Position numbers and translations under genes: made by a program
In this document: positions 37,215 to 49,269 of the stretch, piece by piece
Layout: each line of letters starts with the position of its first letter
Position numbering within the stretch: the stretch's first letter is position 1
Notes under the pieces: model-generated
The model's input: only the letters and a program-made list of their open reading frames with translations
The model's database searches: none
Told to the model about the DNA's origin: nothing
Source of the DNA: Anthoceros angustus
Taxonomy: Eukaryota; Plantae; Anthocerotophyta
Length of the DNA stretch: 64,000 nucleotides
Direction of reading: 5' to 3'
Assembly: GCA_010909165.1 (NCBI GenBank)
Contig: MU008190.1
Coordinates: 186,001 to 250,000 of the forward strand

Positions 37215-38057
37215 GACAAGAAGAGAACGGCTGGTATCCTATCACCGACGAAAGGTGTGGACCATTTGCAGGAAGGGTTAAAAGATTTGCGTCCATAGGT
37301 GACTATTGAAGAGTACAAGTGGTGGGAAGCCTTTTGGGTGGACCAGAAAGAGATTGCTGTCATTGTGGAGAATAACATCAAGCTAATGCTAGAGCGTCCT
37401 TGGAAGTGGTTTTCACGTGCAGAAGTGGATCATACAGCCCGACCACTTCAAGTGCCGGATGAAGCTTTGCTGGATGAGGCATTATTGAGGGCCCTCCCAC
37501 AGCGTGATATGTACTTGGGGGCATATCAAAATGCGGGAAGGCAACAGCGGGAAATGGCGCGGATGAACGGGGACATAACGGAAATCCGGAAGGGGATGTT
37601 TCTGTCAGTGTCGTGCACTACGAACACGCATAACAAGCCATTCTGGTTTGGGGAGGTCATTGACGCGAAGCTAAGTACACCACGACCTCACTTTCTTATC
37701 CACTAGTATCGGACTGAGCACATAGATGCGTACGAAGGGAGATATGTGCAGGAATACATAGTCCGCCATAGTGCCAACCCATCTGGTCCAATGCCGAGGA
37801 AAAAAGGGAATAAGGTCCATTACCCAAAAAACATACATGAGGTCTTTGTGAATGAAACAGTCATCCTGTATTATGGGTTTGTGTTGAACGCACGGAGACA
37901 TCTGTATGCGGTGGACAAAAAAGCGATAAGGGATAAGCTCTGCGAGTTGCGTGGCTTCATACAGCCTGCGAGTCCAAGTGCCGCTGAAGATAGTGATGAC
38001 GATGCTGGAGAAGCTGGACCAAGTGATGACGAAGGATTGAACTCTGGTGATGAGTGA
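37215..38057 (+). pseudogene. 5'-truncated ORF of unknown, probably transposon-derived protein with in-frame stops
   Basis: ORFs 37299-37706 and 37746-38057 share a frame, split by one TAG in LIH*Y (probably W). Protein-like composition (PFWFGEVI, VILYYGFVL) with an acidic tail. Confidence 0.55.
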
Positions 38058-38451
38058 AATCACGGTTTGTCCCGGCGTCCTAGAGTGAATGTTGTACGTC
38101 TGGTTCCAGATGTTACTGTGTTTTGGAAATACCTTGTCTGTGGCTTTTGTTGTGTCCTTACTAAACCACATTTTCCTCCCAAAACTGAATTTACAGTCGT
38201 CCCTTCCCGGCAGGAACGACCTTCCTTACCGTTCCTACTTTGCATTAATACCATAGGTTCGAGTTTGCGACCACCATTCGACAGAAACATTGCTGGATGG
38301 AAAGTAGTAACTTTAGTGGGTGACACCCTTTTTTTCGGAGATGTTTTCCAGAATGCCTTAGAAACGCTGTTTTAGGGCCCATCAAAAACCCCCTTCAGAG
38401 ATTATTTACGGAAAACCCCCTTCGAGATTGTTCACCCCCTTCAAAAATTAT

Positions 38452-38564
38452 GGTGTTATCAAGGAGGTGGAGGCGGTAAAGAAAGGATGAGAGGCGAAAA
38501 AGGCCATCAAGTTCGAGGGGAAAGGCGACGAATTCAGAAAGGAGGATGGGTAATGGAGTCGAGC
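38452..38564 (-). mobile_element. LINE fragment, continuation of the LINE at 53112 onward
   Basis: Removing the LTR element and one TSD joins LRAHIACKRS to TPLPILLSEFVAFPLELDGL in frame. Confidence 0.85.
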
Positions 38565-38732
38565 TGTAATGGCAAGAAAATTTCCTGAGCTCGGGCGTGT
38601 ATTTAACATCCAGGTACATTACTCTAAACTTAGCATATGACTCACTACGGTGAATCGCATTCGATCCTATCCGCACTGCACCTTTTATACGTGTCCATAT
38701 GTATCCTATACATATAATATTATATCATTACA
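38565..38732 (-). repeat. 3' LTR (168 bp)
   Basis: TG...CA ends; aligns with 52933-53111. Confidence 0.93.
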
Positions 38733-39251
38733 ACTAATGGTGAAAAGACTTCGTCCCAAGCTGGAGGTGATGAGTTGCATATCGGGCAAGAATGTCTGGG
38801 CAGTGGGTTAGAGAAGAAAGTGGCTCCCAAGTGGCTTCCGAAAGAGGGTAGCCGCGCCATAAGACCAAAAGCGAGGAGCGTAACGTGCTTGTGTTGGAGG
38901 ATGGCCTCGACTTCATACTCAAGCGCTTGATCAATGAGTTCGGGAAGTGGTCCAGTTGGTGGCAGGCCATGATACAGTTTGAGGAGGGCGGAATGAAAAA
39001 CGTCGTGAATATGCCAAGACTTGGGTAGTTGGAGGCGGTAGGCCGTGGCGCCAATTTTCTGGAGAATGGTAAAGGGTCCAACCCATCGAGGTTGTAGCTT
39101 CCTGCTGCCCGGGAGGTGGAGATGGCGTGTTGACAGAAGTACTAACTGCCCTGGTTGAAAATGTTGGTCCCTCCTGTGTGTGTTGGCGGCCTGGCGTTGC
39201 CGATTCTGAGCTTCTTGTAAATGGGAGCGTGCTTCCTGCAGGATGTCAGTA

Positions 39252-42200
39252 CACTACTAGGAAAAGTATACTTTTACTAATTGAAGTTTTACAACGGGGG
39301 TGCATTTTACCACGGCCGCCTATTTTACTACGTCAATTAAAGGCACCGTTTCAAGTCCATGTATTATTTTCATGTATAGCCCAGAATTTACTAGGGCTCA
39401 TTCCAATTTTACTACAGGGCTTTTTTTGCCAAAGGCGCAAAAGCTTACGTGGCAAATCAAAAGGACTTTACTACGGGCACTTGTTATTTACAACGACCTT
39501 ATAGATGTTACAACGATGGCATGTTCGTTTACTACGAGCCTACAAGTTACTACAGGACTTTCTCGATTACAACGGGTTCTTTACAACAAGCCAATGGTAT
39601 TCTACAACATCCAATATTTTACTACACAGAGGGTTTACAACAAGACCCTTTACGACGAGACAGGTCGTTTACAACCATTAATTTAGAATGGGTTTTGATG
39701 ATAAACCACATCTTATTACCCTAAAAGCAAAACATTAGAGGTAACTGCGTGTACATCGATTAAGGCTTGGGCTAGGCCGAATCAGAAACGAGAACAAAAG
39801 GGGCTGCGGCAGCGGGACTGCTGAAAAATCCTCCCACGGATCATCTCCACATCGCTGGGCGCTCATGAAGACTTCTAAAAGTGTCGTTGTCTGCAATCCA
39901 GTCAAGGAAGCCACAACCTAGGTCAGGCGCGCTCGGCGAGGAGCCTCAGGAGGCGTAATTTCAAGAAGCATCGCCCATCTCCATCACCCGCCTCTTGAAA
40001 TCCAAGGCCTCCGCCAGATTGGGGCGCCAGGCCGATGCATCCTCCTCGATGTGTGTGTGGGTGGCGGAGGAAGCCTCCGATTCGCCCAGCTCGCCTCCCA
40101 TGTCGCGATAAATTTCAGCACTCCGCCCGACCATCCGGATTCTTTGGGGTCCTTTCCTCCAGACATTGGGAAGACTTAAGCCGGTATGAGGAGCAGCAGG
40201 CGCGCAACCCTGAAGTAGGTCAGCGAGCGGAAATCTCACAAGTGCGGTACGAGGGCAAGGAAGCTGGCATGCTTCATGCAAATCTAGGAGGACAGATTAA
40301 GAAGGCCTGGATTCGGGCTTCGTGAGAAGACCAAATGCAGCATGCAAATCCGAAGCCGAAGTCGAGTGTGCCAAGCAAGCGGGTGCCTCCATTTATGCCC
40401 ATCTGGCACCAATAGATTCCTGCCACGCGGCGAGAAACTAAGTGTTTAGGGTGACATCCGTTACAGATGAAAAGCCCGCGTGCCTTATGACAAGCGGCAG
40501 GTGACTGAGGGAGCCAGAATGGTGTGCGCAAAACTGGAGTGGTCAACAAGATTCGTTTCCCAGTCAAGGACCAAACCCTGGTTACATATGCTGGCCATGG
40601 AGGCATATATAGCCCAAGGAAACTCGAGTCTCCTTGGCCTTCGGGTTAGGGTTTAGGGTACACCCTAACCCATGAGAAACATGAGTTAGGGTTTGGTTAC
40701 AGGCCCAAGGAAAACTTGAGTTAGGATTTGGTTAAAGTATCCTCGAGAACCACCGGAAACTCCGCTTGCCAAATAATGTGGCCTTTTTATATATAGAATT
40801 CATGACGATATGGGTTTCCTTGGTTCATGAAAATCGCTATATATTTCCTTGGACTTGATAAATCATATTACGTCTCCTTGGGCTTGGTGCCGTGGTCGGG
40901 TCTCGAGGTGAATTTTGGTACCAAACTCTAAGGACACTTACGCCTATATATGCCTTTGTAAAAATGGATAATAAACCATGCTTAGTTTGAGTTGGTTTCC
41001 GCCATGGTACATCCATGAAATGAAACATGTCTGCGTTCACTTACCGAGGCGAAGTCCATGTGACTGTTCGTCCTCTCTTCTCCCTTGTTCTTTACCACAT
41101 CGATCGCGGGGTTTCAAGCACACGTGACACTACTAGGAAAAGTATACTTTTACTAATTGAAGTTTTACAACGGGGGTGCATTTTACCACGGCCGCCCATT
41201 TTACTACGTCAATTAAAGGCACCGTTTCAAGTCCATGTATTATTTTCATGTATAGCCCAGAATTTACTAGGGCTCATTCCAATTTTACTATAGGGCTCTT
41301 TTTGCCAAAGGCGCAAAAGCTTACGTGGCAAATCAAAAGGACTTTACTACGGGCACTTGTTATTTACACCTTATAGATGTTACAATGATGGCATGTTCGT
41401 TTACTACGAGCCTACAAGTTACTACAGGACTTTCTCGATTACAACGGGTTCTTTTACAACAAGCCAATGGTATTCTACAACATCCAATATTTTGCTACAC
41501 CCCTGTAGGGTTTACAACAAGACCCTTTACGACGAGACACTGGTCGTTTACAACGGCATTAATTTAGAATGGGTTTTGATGATAAACCACATCTTATTAC
41601 CCTAAAAAAGCAAAACATTAGAGGTAACCTGCGTGTACATCAGTTAAGGCTTGGGCTAGGCCGAACTGTAAAACGAGAACAAAAGGGGCTGCGGCAGCGG
41701 GACTGCTGAAAAATCCTCCCACGGATCATCTCCACATCGCTGGGCGCCTGAGAAGACTTCTAAAAGTGTCGAGGCCGCAATCCGGTCAAGGAAGCCACAA
41801 CCTAGGTCCGGGCGCGCTCGGCGAGGAGCCTCGAGAGGGCGAATTTCCAAGAAGCATCGCCCATCTCCATCACCGCCTCTTGAAATCCAAGGCCTCCGCC
41901 AGATTGGGGCGCCAGGCCGATGCATCCTCCTCGATGTGTGTGGGTCGCGGAGGAAGCCTCCCGATTCGCCCAGCTCGCCTCCCATGTCCGCGATAAATTT
42001 CAGCACTCCGCCCGACCATCCGGATTCTTTGGGGTCCTTTCCTCCGACATTGGGAAGACTTAAGCCGGTATGAGGAGGCGGGCGCGCAACCAAGTAGGTC
42101 CGAAGGAAATCTCACAAGTGCAGTGCGAGGGCAAGGAAGCGGCATGCTTCATGCAAATCTAGGAGGATGACATAGGCTGGATTCGGGCTTCGTGAGAAGA

Positions 42201-42996
42201 CCAAATGCGCATGTGCAACCAAGCTGTCGAGTGTGCCAAGCGGGTGCCTCCATTTATGCCCATCCGCACCAATAGATGCTCGCCACGCGGCGAAACTAAG
42301 TGTTTAGGGTGACATCCGTTACGGATGAAAAGCCCGCGTGCCTTATGACAAGCGTGTGTGACCGAGGGAGAATGGTGTGCGCAAAAGCGGAGTGGTCAAC
42401 AAGATTCGCTTCTCAAGGACCAAACCCAGTTATATATGCTGGCCATGGAGGCATATATAGCCCAAGGAAACTCGAGTCTCCTTGGCCTTCGGGTTAGGGT
42501 TTAGGGTACACCCTAACCCATGAGAAACATGAGTTAGGGTTTGGTTACACCGAAGCCCAAGGAAAACTTGAGTTAGGATTTGGTTAAAGTATCCTCGGCC
42601 TTCGAGAACCACCGGAAACTCCCGCTTGCCAAATAATGTGGCCTTTTTATATATAGGGTCGCGACGATATGGGTTTCCTTGGTTCATGAAAATCGCTATA
42701 TATTTCCTTGGACTTGATAAATCATATTACGCCTCCTTGGGCTTGGTGCCGTGGTCGGGTCTCGAGGTGAATTTTGGTACCAAACTCTAAGGACACTTAC
42801 GCCTATATATGCCTTTGTAAAAATGGATAATAAACCATGCTTAGTTTGAGTTGGTTTCCGCCATGGTACATCCATGAAATGAAACATGTCTGCGTTCACT
42901 TACCGAGGCGAAGTCCATGTGACTCTGTTCGTCCTCTCTTCTCCCTTGTTCTTTACCACATCCCAGTCGCAGGGTTTCAGTCACATGCCGTGACTT
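39252..42996. repeat. ~1.87-kb tandem duplication of the CACTA left end
   Basis: Second CACTACTAGGAAAAG at 41128; copies differ mostly by small indels. Confidence 0.95.
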
Positions 42997-45900
42997 CACT
43001 ACTTTGAAATTCTTACTACGCAGGCGCGGGGAAGGACACATCGAAGCGTGGTCTAAACCGGCTAAGGTTGAGGTATGTTCTCATCTTTTTTCCACCACCC
43101 CCTCCGCAAGCTGACCTTTCCAAAGCTCCGTGAATCACAACCGGTCTTGTGTCGTAGATGCCTAAAGCAGCGAGGAAGATTCAAGCTGCGGAGACGATTT
43201 CGAGACCGGCGCTGGCGGCAGTAGCCTTAATGTGAGGAGATCTTGTGGAGCCACGGTGGGCCGGAAGGACTAGGCTGGACCCAAATCTGGTTGTAATTCA
43301 CGGAACACAGGCGGCCAAATTGCTCGGCGCGTCGAGAGCTGAAGGGCAAGTGGCGGCGGTGAAAGAGCCAGGCAAAGTCTCGATGAAGAAGCCGGGAAAG
43401 GAGGAGGAGGACTTTGATTTGCATCTCAAGGCTTGACGGCAATGGAACAAGAGGGAGGAAGCGTGGTGGGCAAGGTAAGGGTAAGTTCCTCCGTGTGGGA
43501 GGGAGGGATGGGGCCGGAGACAGCGGTGTATGGCGTCTCCGATTCGCGAGGAAGGACCAAAACCCGAGCACAGTCGGCTAGGGCATCGGCCGCCACATGT
43601 TCGGAGAGGAAGACTCATGAAGAGGCTAGATTTCACAAGGATGAGTGTCGCCATATTTGGAGAAGGGCATGGGCTCACACAAGCTCATAAAATCATGGAG
43701 GCGATTGAGACTTGGGCGAGGAAGGCGCCCGCCATGTGAAGGCAAAAGTGGCGACCAAGATCACGTCCGGGCCGTTGGGGACGGTGTCTATCAACTCCTA
43801 TAGAAGGGGCGGTGTGGTGATGCACAAGGCTGCGATCTGCAGAGGAGGTGGTTGGGGCAGTCAAATGCACGCGTAGCAGACATCCATGAGTCCACGAAGA
43901 CCCTTGCGCCCAAACCGCCGTAAGCCAAACATGCTGCACGTTGGACGGCGTTACCTTAGCGGTAACCATGATGCTCTATTGGTAGAAGTTGAAGAGACGA
44001 ATTAATTCAGAGCCGCGAGGAGAACACGAAGAAGCTTGAAGCTATCAACATGGTACCGACCATAAGACAACATCTGTGGTCTAATTTTGTGAAGCATGTG
44101 AAGAGTGCAGAGAAGGGCACGAAACACTGTACCCTCTTAAAGCCGGTGGGACACCCACCTGCTTGAAGCTTCATCTTCAACTAGTCGAGCAAGACTTGGA
44201 GGGTGGCGAGCAAGCAAAAGATGATATACTTGAGGATAGCATCACATCTTCCTCATGATCTTGTGGAGGAAGATCTTGATGAGGAAGATCGATATCATTC
44301 CTCAAGAATGTCGAGATTTGGACATAAAGTGCTCTAGGGGCCCAAGAGGAAAAGGGTGCACGATGTCCATCACGATGTGCTTGCAGCCCATATCCATCCT
44401 TGTAAGTCTTCAATGTTTGTAGCATTTTAGTTTCAAGCACGAATTTTTAGCCATGGATATCTGACATGAAATTCGGGCTTGAAATTGCAGGCTTGAAATT
44501 TGCCGAGTTCTAATGCTGGATTTGGAGGCACAAATCGTTGTATGCCATTTGGAGGCTATGCACTAAACATCTTGCGCTTTGTGTTCAGCTACATCTTCGT
44601 GGTTGTCCCTCCTTTTGCCCATGAAGGACAGTGCATTTTGCAACCCGCTCTCTGCAATCCTCTCATACATCCTTTTGGAAGCAAAGGCGTGTGTGCTTCA
44701 TGTTGAGACATGTATCGAGCGGACTTTGAGTGGTCCATGGTCTTTTGTATTGTCTTGCAATTTTGAACCCTAATCTAAAGTTTTGGAGGAACAATGTTAG
44801 GAAGGAAGCCGTTATTTCTTGCAAGGACAAAAGCGCACCCAAGTATGTCCCAAGAGTGTGAAGCGAGTCTTGGGAGGTCTTTTGAAAGAGGAGCAAGACA
44901 AGATGGATGGAGTTGTTGAGCCGGCAAAACTAGCGCCATGAGGAGGAGCAAGGAGGTGGGAAGTAATAGCTATGCATGTTTTGGATATGGCGAGAAGGGT
45001 TTATGGACGAGTTTAGAGGAAGTTTGAGAGACCCAACCATGGATGAAATCAATCTGTTGGCACCAATCATGGGGCTTGGCTACAAAGTTGAAAGAGTTTT
45101 GGATGCGATCTCAAACTAGAACTCCAGCTTTGGAGTGCAGTGGACTCAAAGGGCAAAAGGACAAGGCGATTAATGTGTGGACCTTGTTGAAGGATGCGAG
45201 CTATTCCATCAAGGAGTGCGATGGGAAGGTCATGGAGGCCATCTAAGCGAGAATGTCATAGATGACGGTGGATGGTGGGGCATTATCTTCCCATAAAGTT
45301 GCAAGACAATCTGATGCTTGAGCATGATTACAGTTAGATCGTTGTTCGGGACTATTGTGTCTATTTTTGTGATAGCTGAAGTTCCGTGAACTTGATGATT
45401 TTGGTTTGTGGGACTCTTTTTACATGTGGCAAACCTTTGGGGCAAGGTCTTTTGAGTTGAGGGTCTTTGGGTGGAAAATTCTTAGATGCCCGTGTAGCAT
45501 GTAGGGGCTGAGTCTAATATATTGTAGGATGTAGGTGCAATCCCCAAATTCCCCACATCCACACACCCACCCTACTCCTTCATTTTTACTACAGAGGCAT
45601 TTTACTACAACAATATAAATCCGATTTCACTTTACTACGATTATTTAATCCAGAATTTTACTACAGAGGCATTTTACTACAACAATATAAATCCGATTTC
45701 ACTTTACTACGATTCTGTTTAATCCAGGAATTTTACTACGGGCCTTATTTTGCAGCCAGGTATTTTACAACGGCCAGTTATAACTACAGTTGCCTAATTA
45801 ACCTAACCATGGTTACATAACTATGGTTTATAAACCATTGTTATTTAACTTCAGTTAATAAACTTGAGTTAATTAACATTGGTTACTTAACCCTTTTTTA

Positions 45901-46186
45901 TTAACCACGATTATTTTTGTTGTAAATTCCGTTGTAGATCTTTGTAGTAATTATTGTTGTAAAGTAAACTGTAGTTAAATCCTAACTGATGTACGGTCAA
46001 CTCGGTATAGTCCATCGTATATATATCACATGGCTATACGGTATATAGCCATGGTATACGGTGTGAAGACATTACCACGGAAATTAACGCTATGCGTTTA
46101 CAACGGGTATTTTACTATAGGTGTAGTAATTCAGTAGTAATGTCCATAGTAAATACCGTTGTAAAGGTGCTGTTTTCGTAGTAGTG
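39252..46186 (+). mobile_element. CACTA (EnSpm) element nested in the Gypsy integrase
   Basis: TIR CACTACTAGGAAAA / TTTTCGTAGTAGTG; 3-bp TSD GTA; dense TTTACTAC/TTTACAAC subterminal repeats at both ends; host integrase rejoins as WLKRH-TDILQEAR. No recognisable intact transposase. Confidence 0.93.
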
Positions 46187-47099
46187 GTATGGCGTTTGAG
46201 CCAGTCAGCAGCCGCTTGGGTTTGGAGGGAAGGAAGGGGTGGAGTCAACGTGGTACGTGGGTGACAAGCGTGAAGCATGTAAAATGGGTACCAGTGATAT
46301 GGGTTGGTGGTGTTATTGCACGCAAATTCCACGATAGAGGTAATCTTCCCAATGGTTACATTGACGGGCGGCATAAGCACGTGAAACATTTCCGGATTGG
46401 TTCATCGCTCCGCTTGTCCATCGACTGGGTGATACGCGATGAAAAGGCGGTGAGTGCCCAAGGCATGATGCAAGTCATCAAAAGTGGCTTAAGAACCGAG
46501 GGTCCCGATCGAAATGATGGTTTCGGAAGGCCGTGTAGTCTGTATACATGGTGAGATAAAGGTCTTGGCGTATACTGGTGTCGAGGCATCTATAGTGGGA
46601 GCCAAGTGCACCATCTTTGTGAGTCGGTCCACGAAGAGAAGAATAGCATTGTGTACAGGGGATCTGGAAGGCCCGTAATAAAGTCCATGTATGTATGACT
46701 GCCAAGGCTTGTCTGGTATAGGTATGGGTTGGAGGAGTCCGTGTGGAAGTTGTGTGGTAGGTTTGGTCCTCTGACATGTGTCACAAAGGCATACAAAGTT
46801 ATAAACATCCGCAACTATACCAGGCCAATAATAATGGCGTTGAAGAAGTTTTAGAGTGCGGACTCTACCAGGATGTGCTGCTGAAGGTGGTGAGTGGGCT
46901 TCGCTGAGCAATTGCTGTCGGAGGTGGGGAAGCTGAGGGATGAACAGTTGTGTCTTGTAAAACAGAAATCCATCTTGCCAAGACCAATGATCACCGCTCG
47001 ATTGCGGGGATGCGGTCGACGGCGGGTCGGGGAAGGCATTAAGAACATCCGCAACCATGTTGGTCGATTGGTTGTCAATATTCTGCCGTCTTGACCACC

Positions 47100-48392
47100 T
47101 GCGGCGTCGACAACCTTGTTTTCGCCTCGTTTATAGCCAATGTGAAAATGGAATTGTTGGAAGAACTCAAGCCGGGCTTGTTTTCGTGAAAGATGTGGTT
47201 GAGTCCGAGTAGCGTAGTGGGTGATCGATTTCTAATATAAAGAGGTGCCCTCCACAAAGCACCGCCATTGTCGTAAAAAGAACACGAGCAAGTGTCTCTT
47301 CTCGTGTATTGAGTAGTTGAGCTGGTCCTTTGAATTTGCGACTAAAAAGCGATTGGTTGTAGGCCCTTCCCAAAATCTTGTTGTGGGGCATTACGACTTG
47401 ATCGAGGCATCGTAGCTATGACAATGTCGCATGTCTGGATGGGCAATCGGGTCTTAGTAAGACATTGTTTCAAAGTTGGAAGGCATCTCTTCTTTGTTGT
47501 TCCCAAATCCATGGTGTAGTGGTTTTCAACAGGTCCGTCAAGGAGTGGCAATATGGGCAAACCGGCGATAAACTTCCTATAATATGACGCCAATCCAAGC
47601 GATTGGAGTTGGTGGTGATATAGGTGTGGGCCAATCTGGATTGCTGAACCTTGAGAGGATCGACTGAATTCTGTCTTGACGACATGGCCCAAATACTCAA
47701 CTGTGTTGCCATGAATGCACATTTAGGTAATTTTAAATTTTGGCTGAGGCGTCAACAACCTTGTTTTCTGCCCCTCGTTTATAGCCAATGTGAAAATGGA
47801 ATTGTTGGAAGAACTCAAGCCAGCGGGCTTGTTTTCGTGAAAGATGTGGTTGAGTCTGTAGGTAGCGTAGTGGGCTGTGATCAGTTTCTAATATAAAAGA
47901 GGTGCCCTCCACAAAGCACCGCCATTGTCGTAAGGCAAGAACCTGAGCAAGTGTCTCCTTCTCGTGTATTGAGTAGTTGAGCTCTGGTCCTTTGAATTTG
48001 CGACTAAAAAAAGCGATTGGTTGTAGGCCCTTCCCAAAATCTTGTTGTGGGGCATTACTGACTCGAGGCATCTAGCTATGACAAAACTGTCGCTATGTCT
48101 GGATGGGCAAATCGGGGTCTTAGTAAGACATTGTTTCAAAGTTGGAATTTGCTCTCTTCCCAAGTCCAAGGTGTAGTGGTTTTCAACAGTCCGTCAAGGA
48201 GTGGCAATATGGGCAAACCGATAAACTTCCTATAATATGACGCCAATCCAAGAAAGCGATTGGAGTTGGTGGTGATATAGGTGTGGGCCAATCTGGATTG
48301 CTGAACCTTGAGAGGATCACTGAATTCTGTCTTGACACGACATGGCCCAAATACTCAACCTGTGTTGCCATGAATGCACATTTAGGTAATTT
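47100..48392. repeat. ~0.65-kb tandem duplication of the RT-thumb/RNase H segment
   Basis: PQQDFGKGLQPIAF and ...CATTTAGGTAATTT each occur twice. Confidence 0.9.
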
Positions 48393-49269
48393 TCGTCTGA
48401 TTTGGCCACGAGGCGTCTTAATACCTCTCGCAATAGTCTGACTTGTTCTTCTTTGGATGCAGAGTAGATGAGAATATCATCCATGTAAACGAGGATGCCA
48501 TGTTCAATAAGGTCAGAGAAAATATGGTTCATGAGGGTCTGGAAGGTTGCTGGGGCATTAGTCATGCCAAAGGGCATGACTAACCACTCAAAGTGCCCAT
48601 ACCTTGTATTGAATGTTTTTTCCACATCTGTTGCACGAATTTGATGGTAGCGATGCCGGATCGAGTTTGGAAAAATATCGATCCTGCAAGCTTTTCCAGC
48701 ATCTCATCAATACGGGGTAAGGGAAAGCGATTCGTTTGGTTATATTGTTGAGTGCTCTCGTAGTCGATACATCCGTAATGATCCGTCCTTCTTTTTAGCA
48801 AAAGGATGGGTGCTCCGAACGGTGATTGGGAAGGTCTGATGTATCCCTTTTTCATAAGGATCTCCACTTGTTTCCTGGATTCCTCTATTTCCAGAGGGGA
48901 CATTTTGAACACTGGTCGGGACGGAGGCTTATGTTGCCCTGGTAACAATTCCACACAATGTTGTATTTGTCGCATTGGGGGCAATCCGGCTGGTAGATCA
49001 TGGACTAATACATCCTCATACTCGTGCAATAATTTGGTGAGCTCAGGGTCTCTAATTTTGCACTGGTCAATTCCCAGGTTTTTTGACAATGGACGGATCA
49101 TACATAAACAAGCTTGGGTATCTTGTCTGAGGAGATCTACACATATGCTGCGTGCCGATACTAGCTTTACCGGCCGTTGTTTCCCATCCTTGGCAAACAA
49201 CACCACTTGTTTATTGTCACAACTGTATGACAATGTTTTTTTACACCAGTCTATGGCTGGATTGCACTG

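Noticed and set aside
35182-38564. Single LINE continuous from 53112 to 35182
   Set aside because: Both pieces contain the equivalent FLY(H/R)L..L segment, so they are separate copies.
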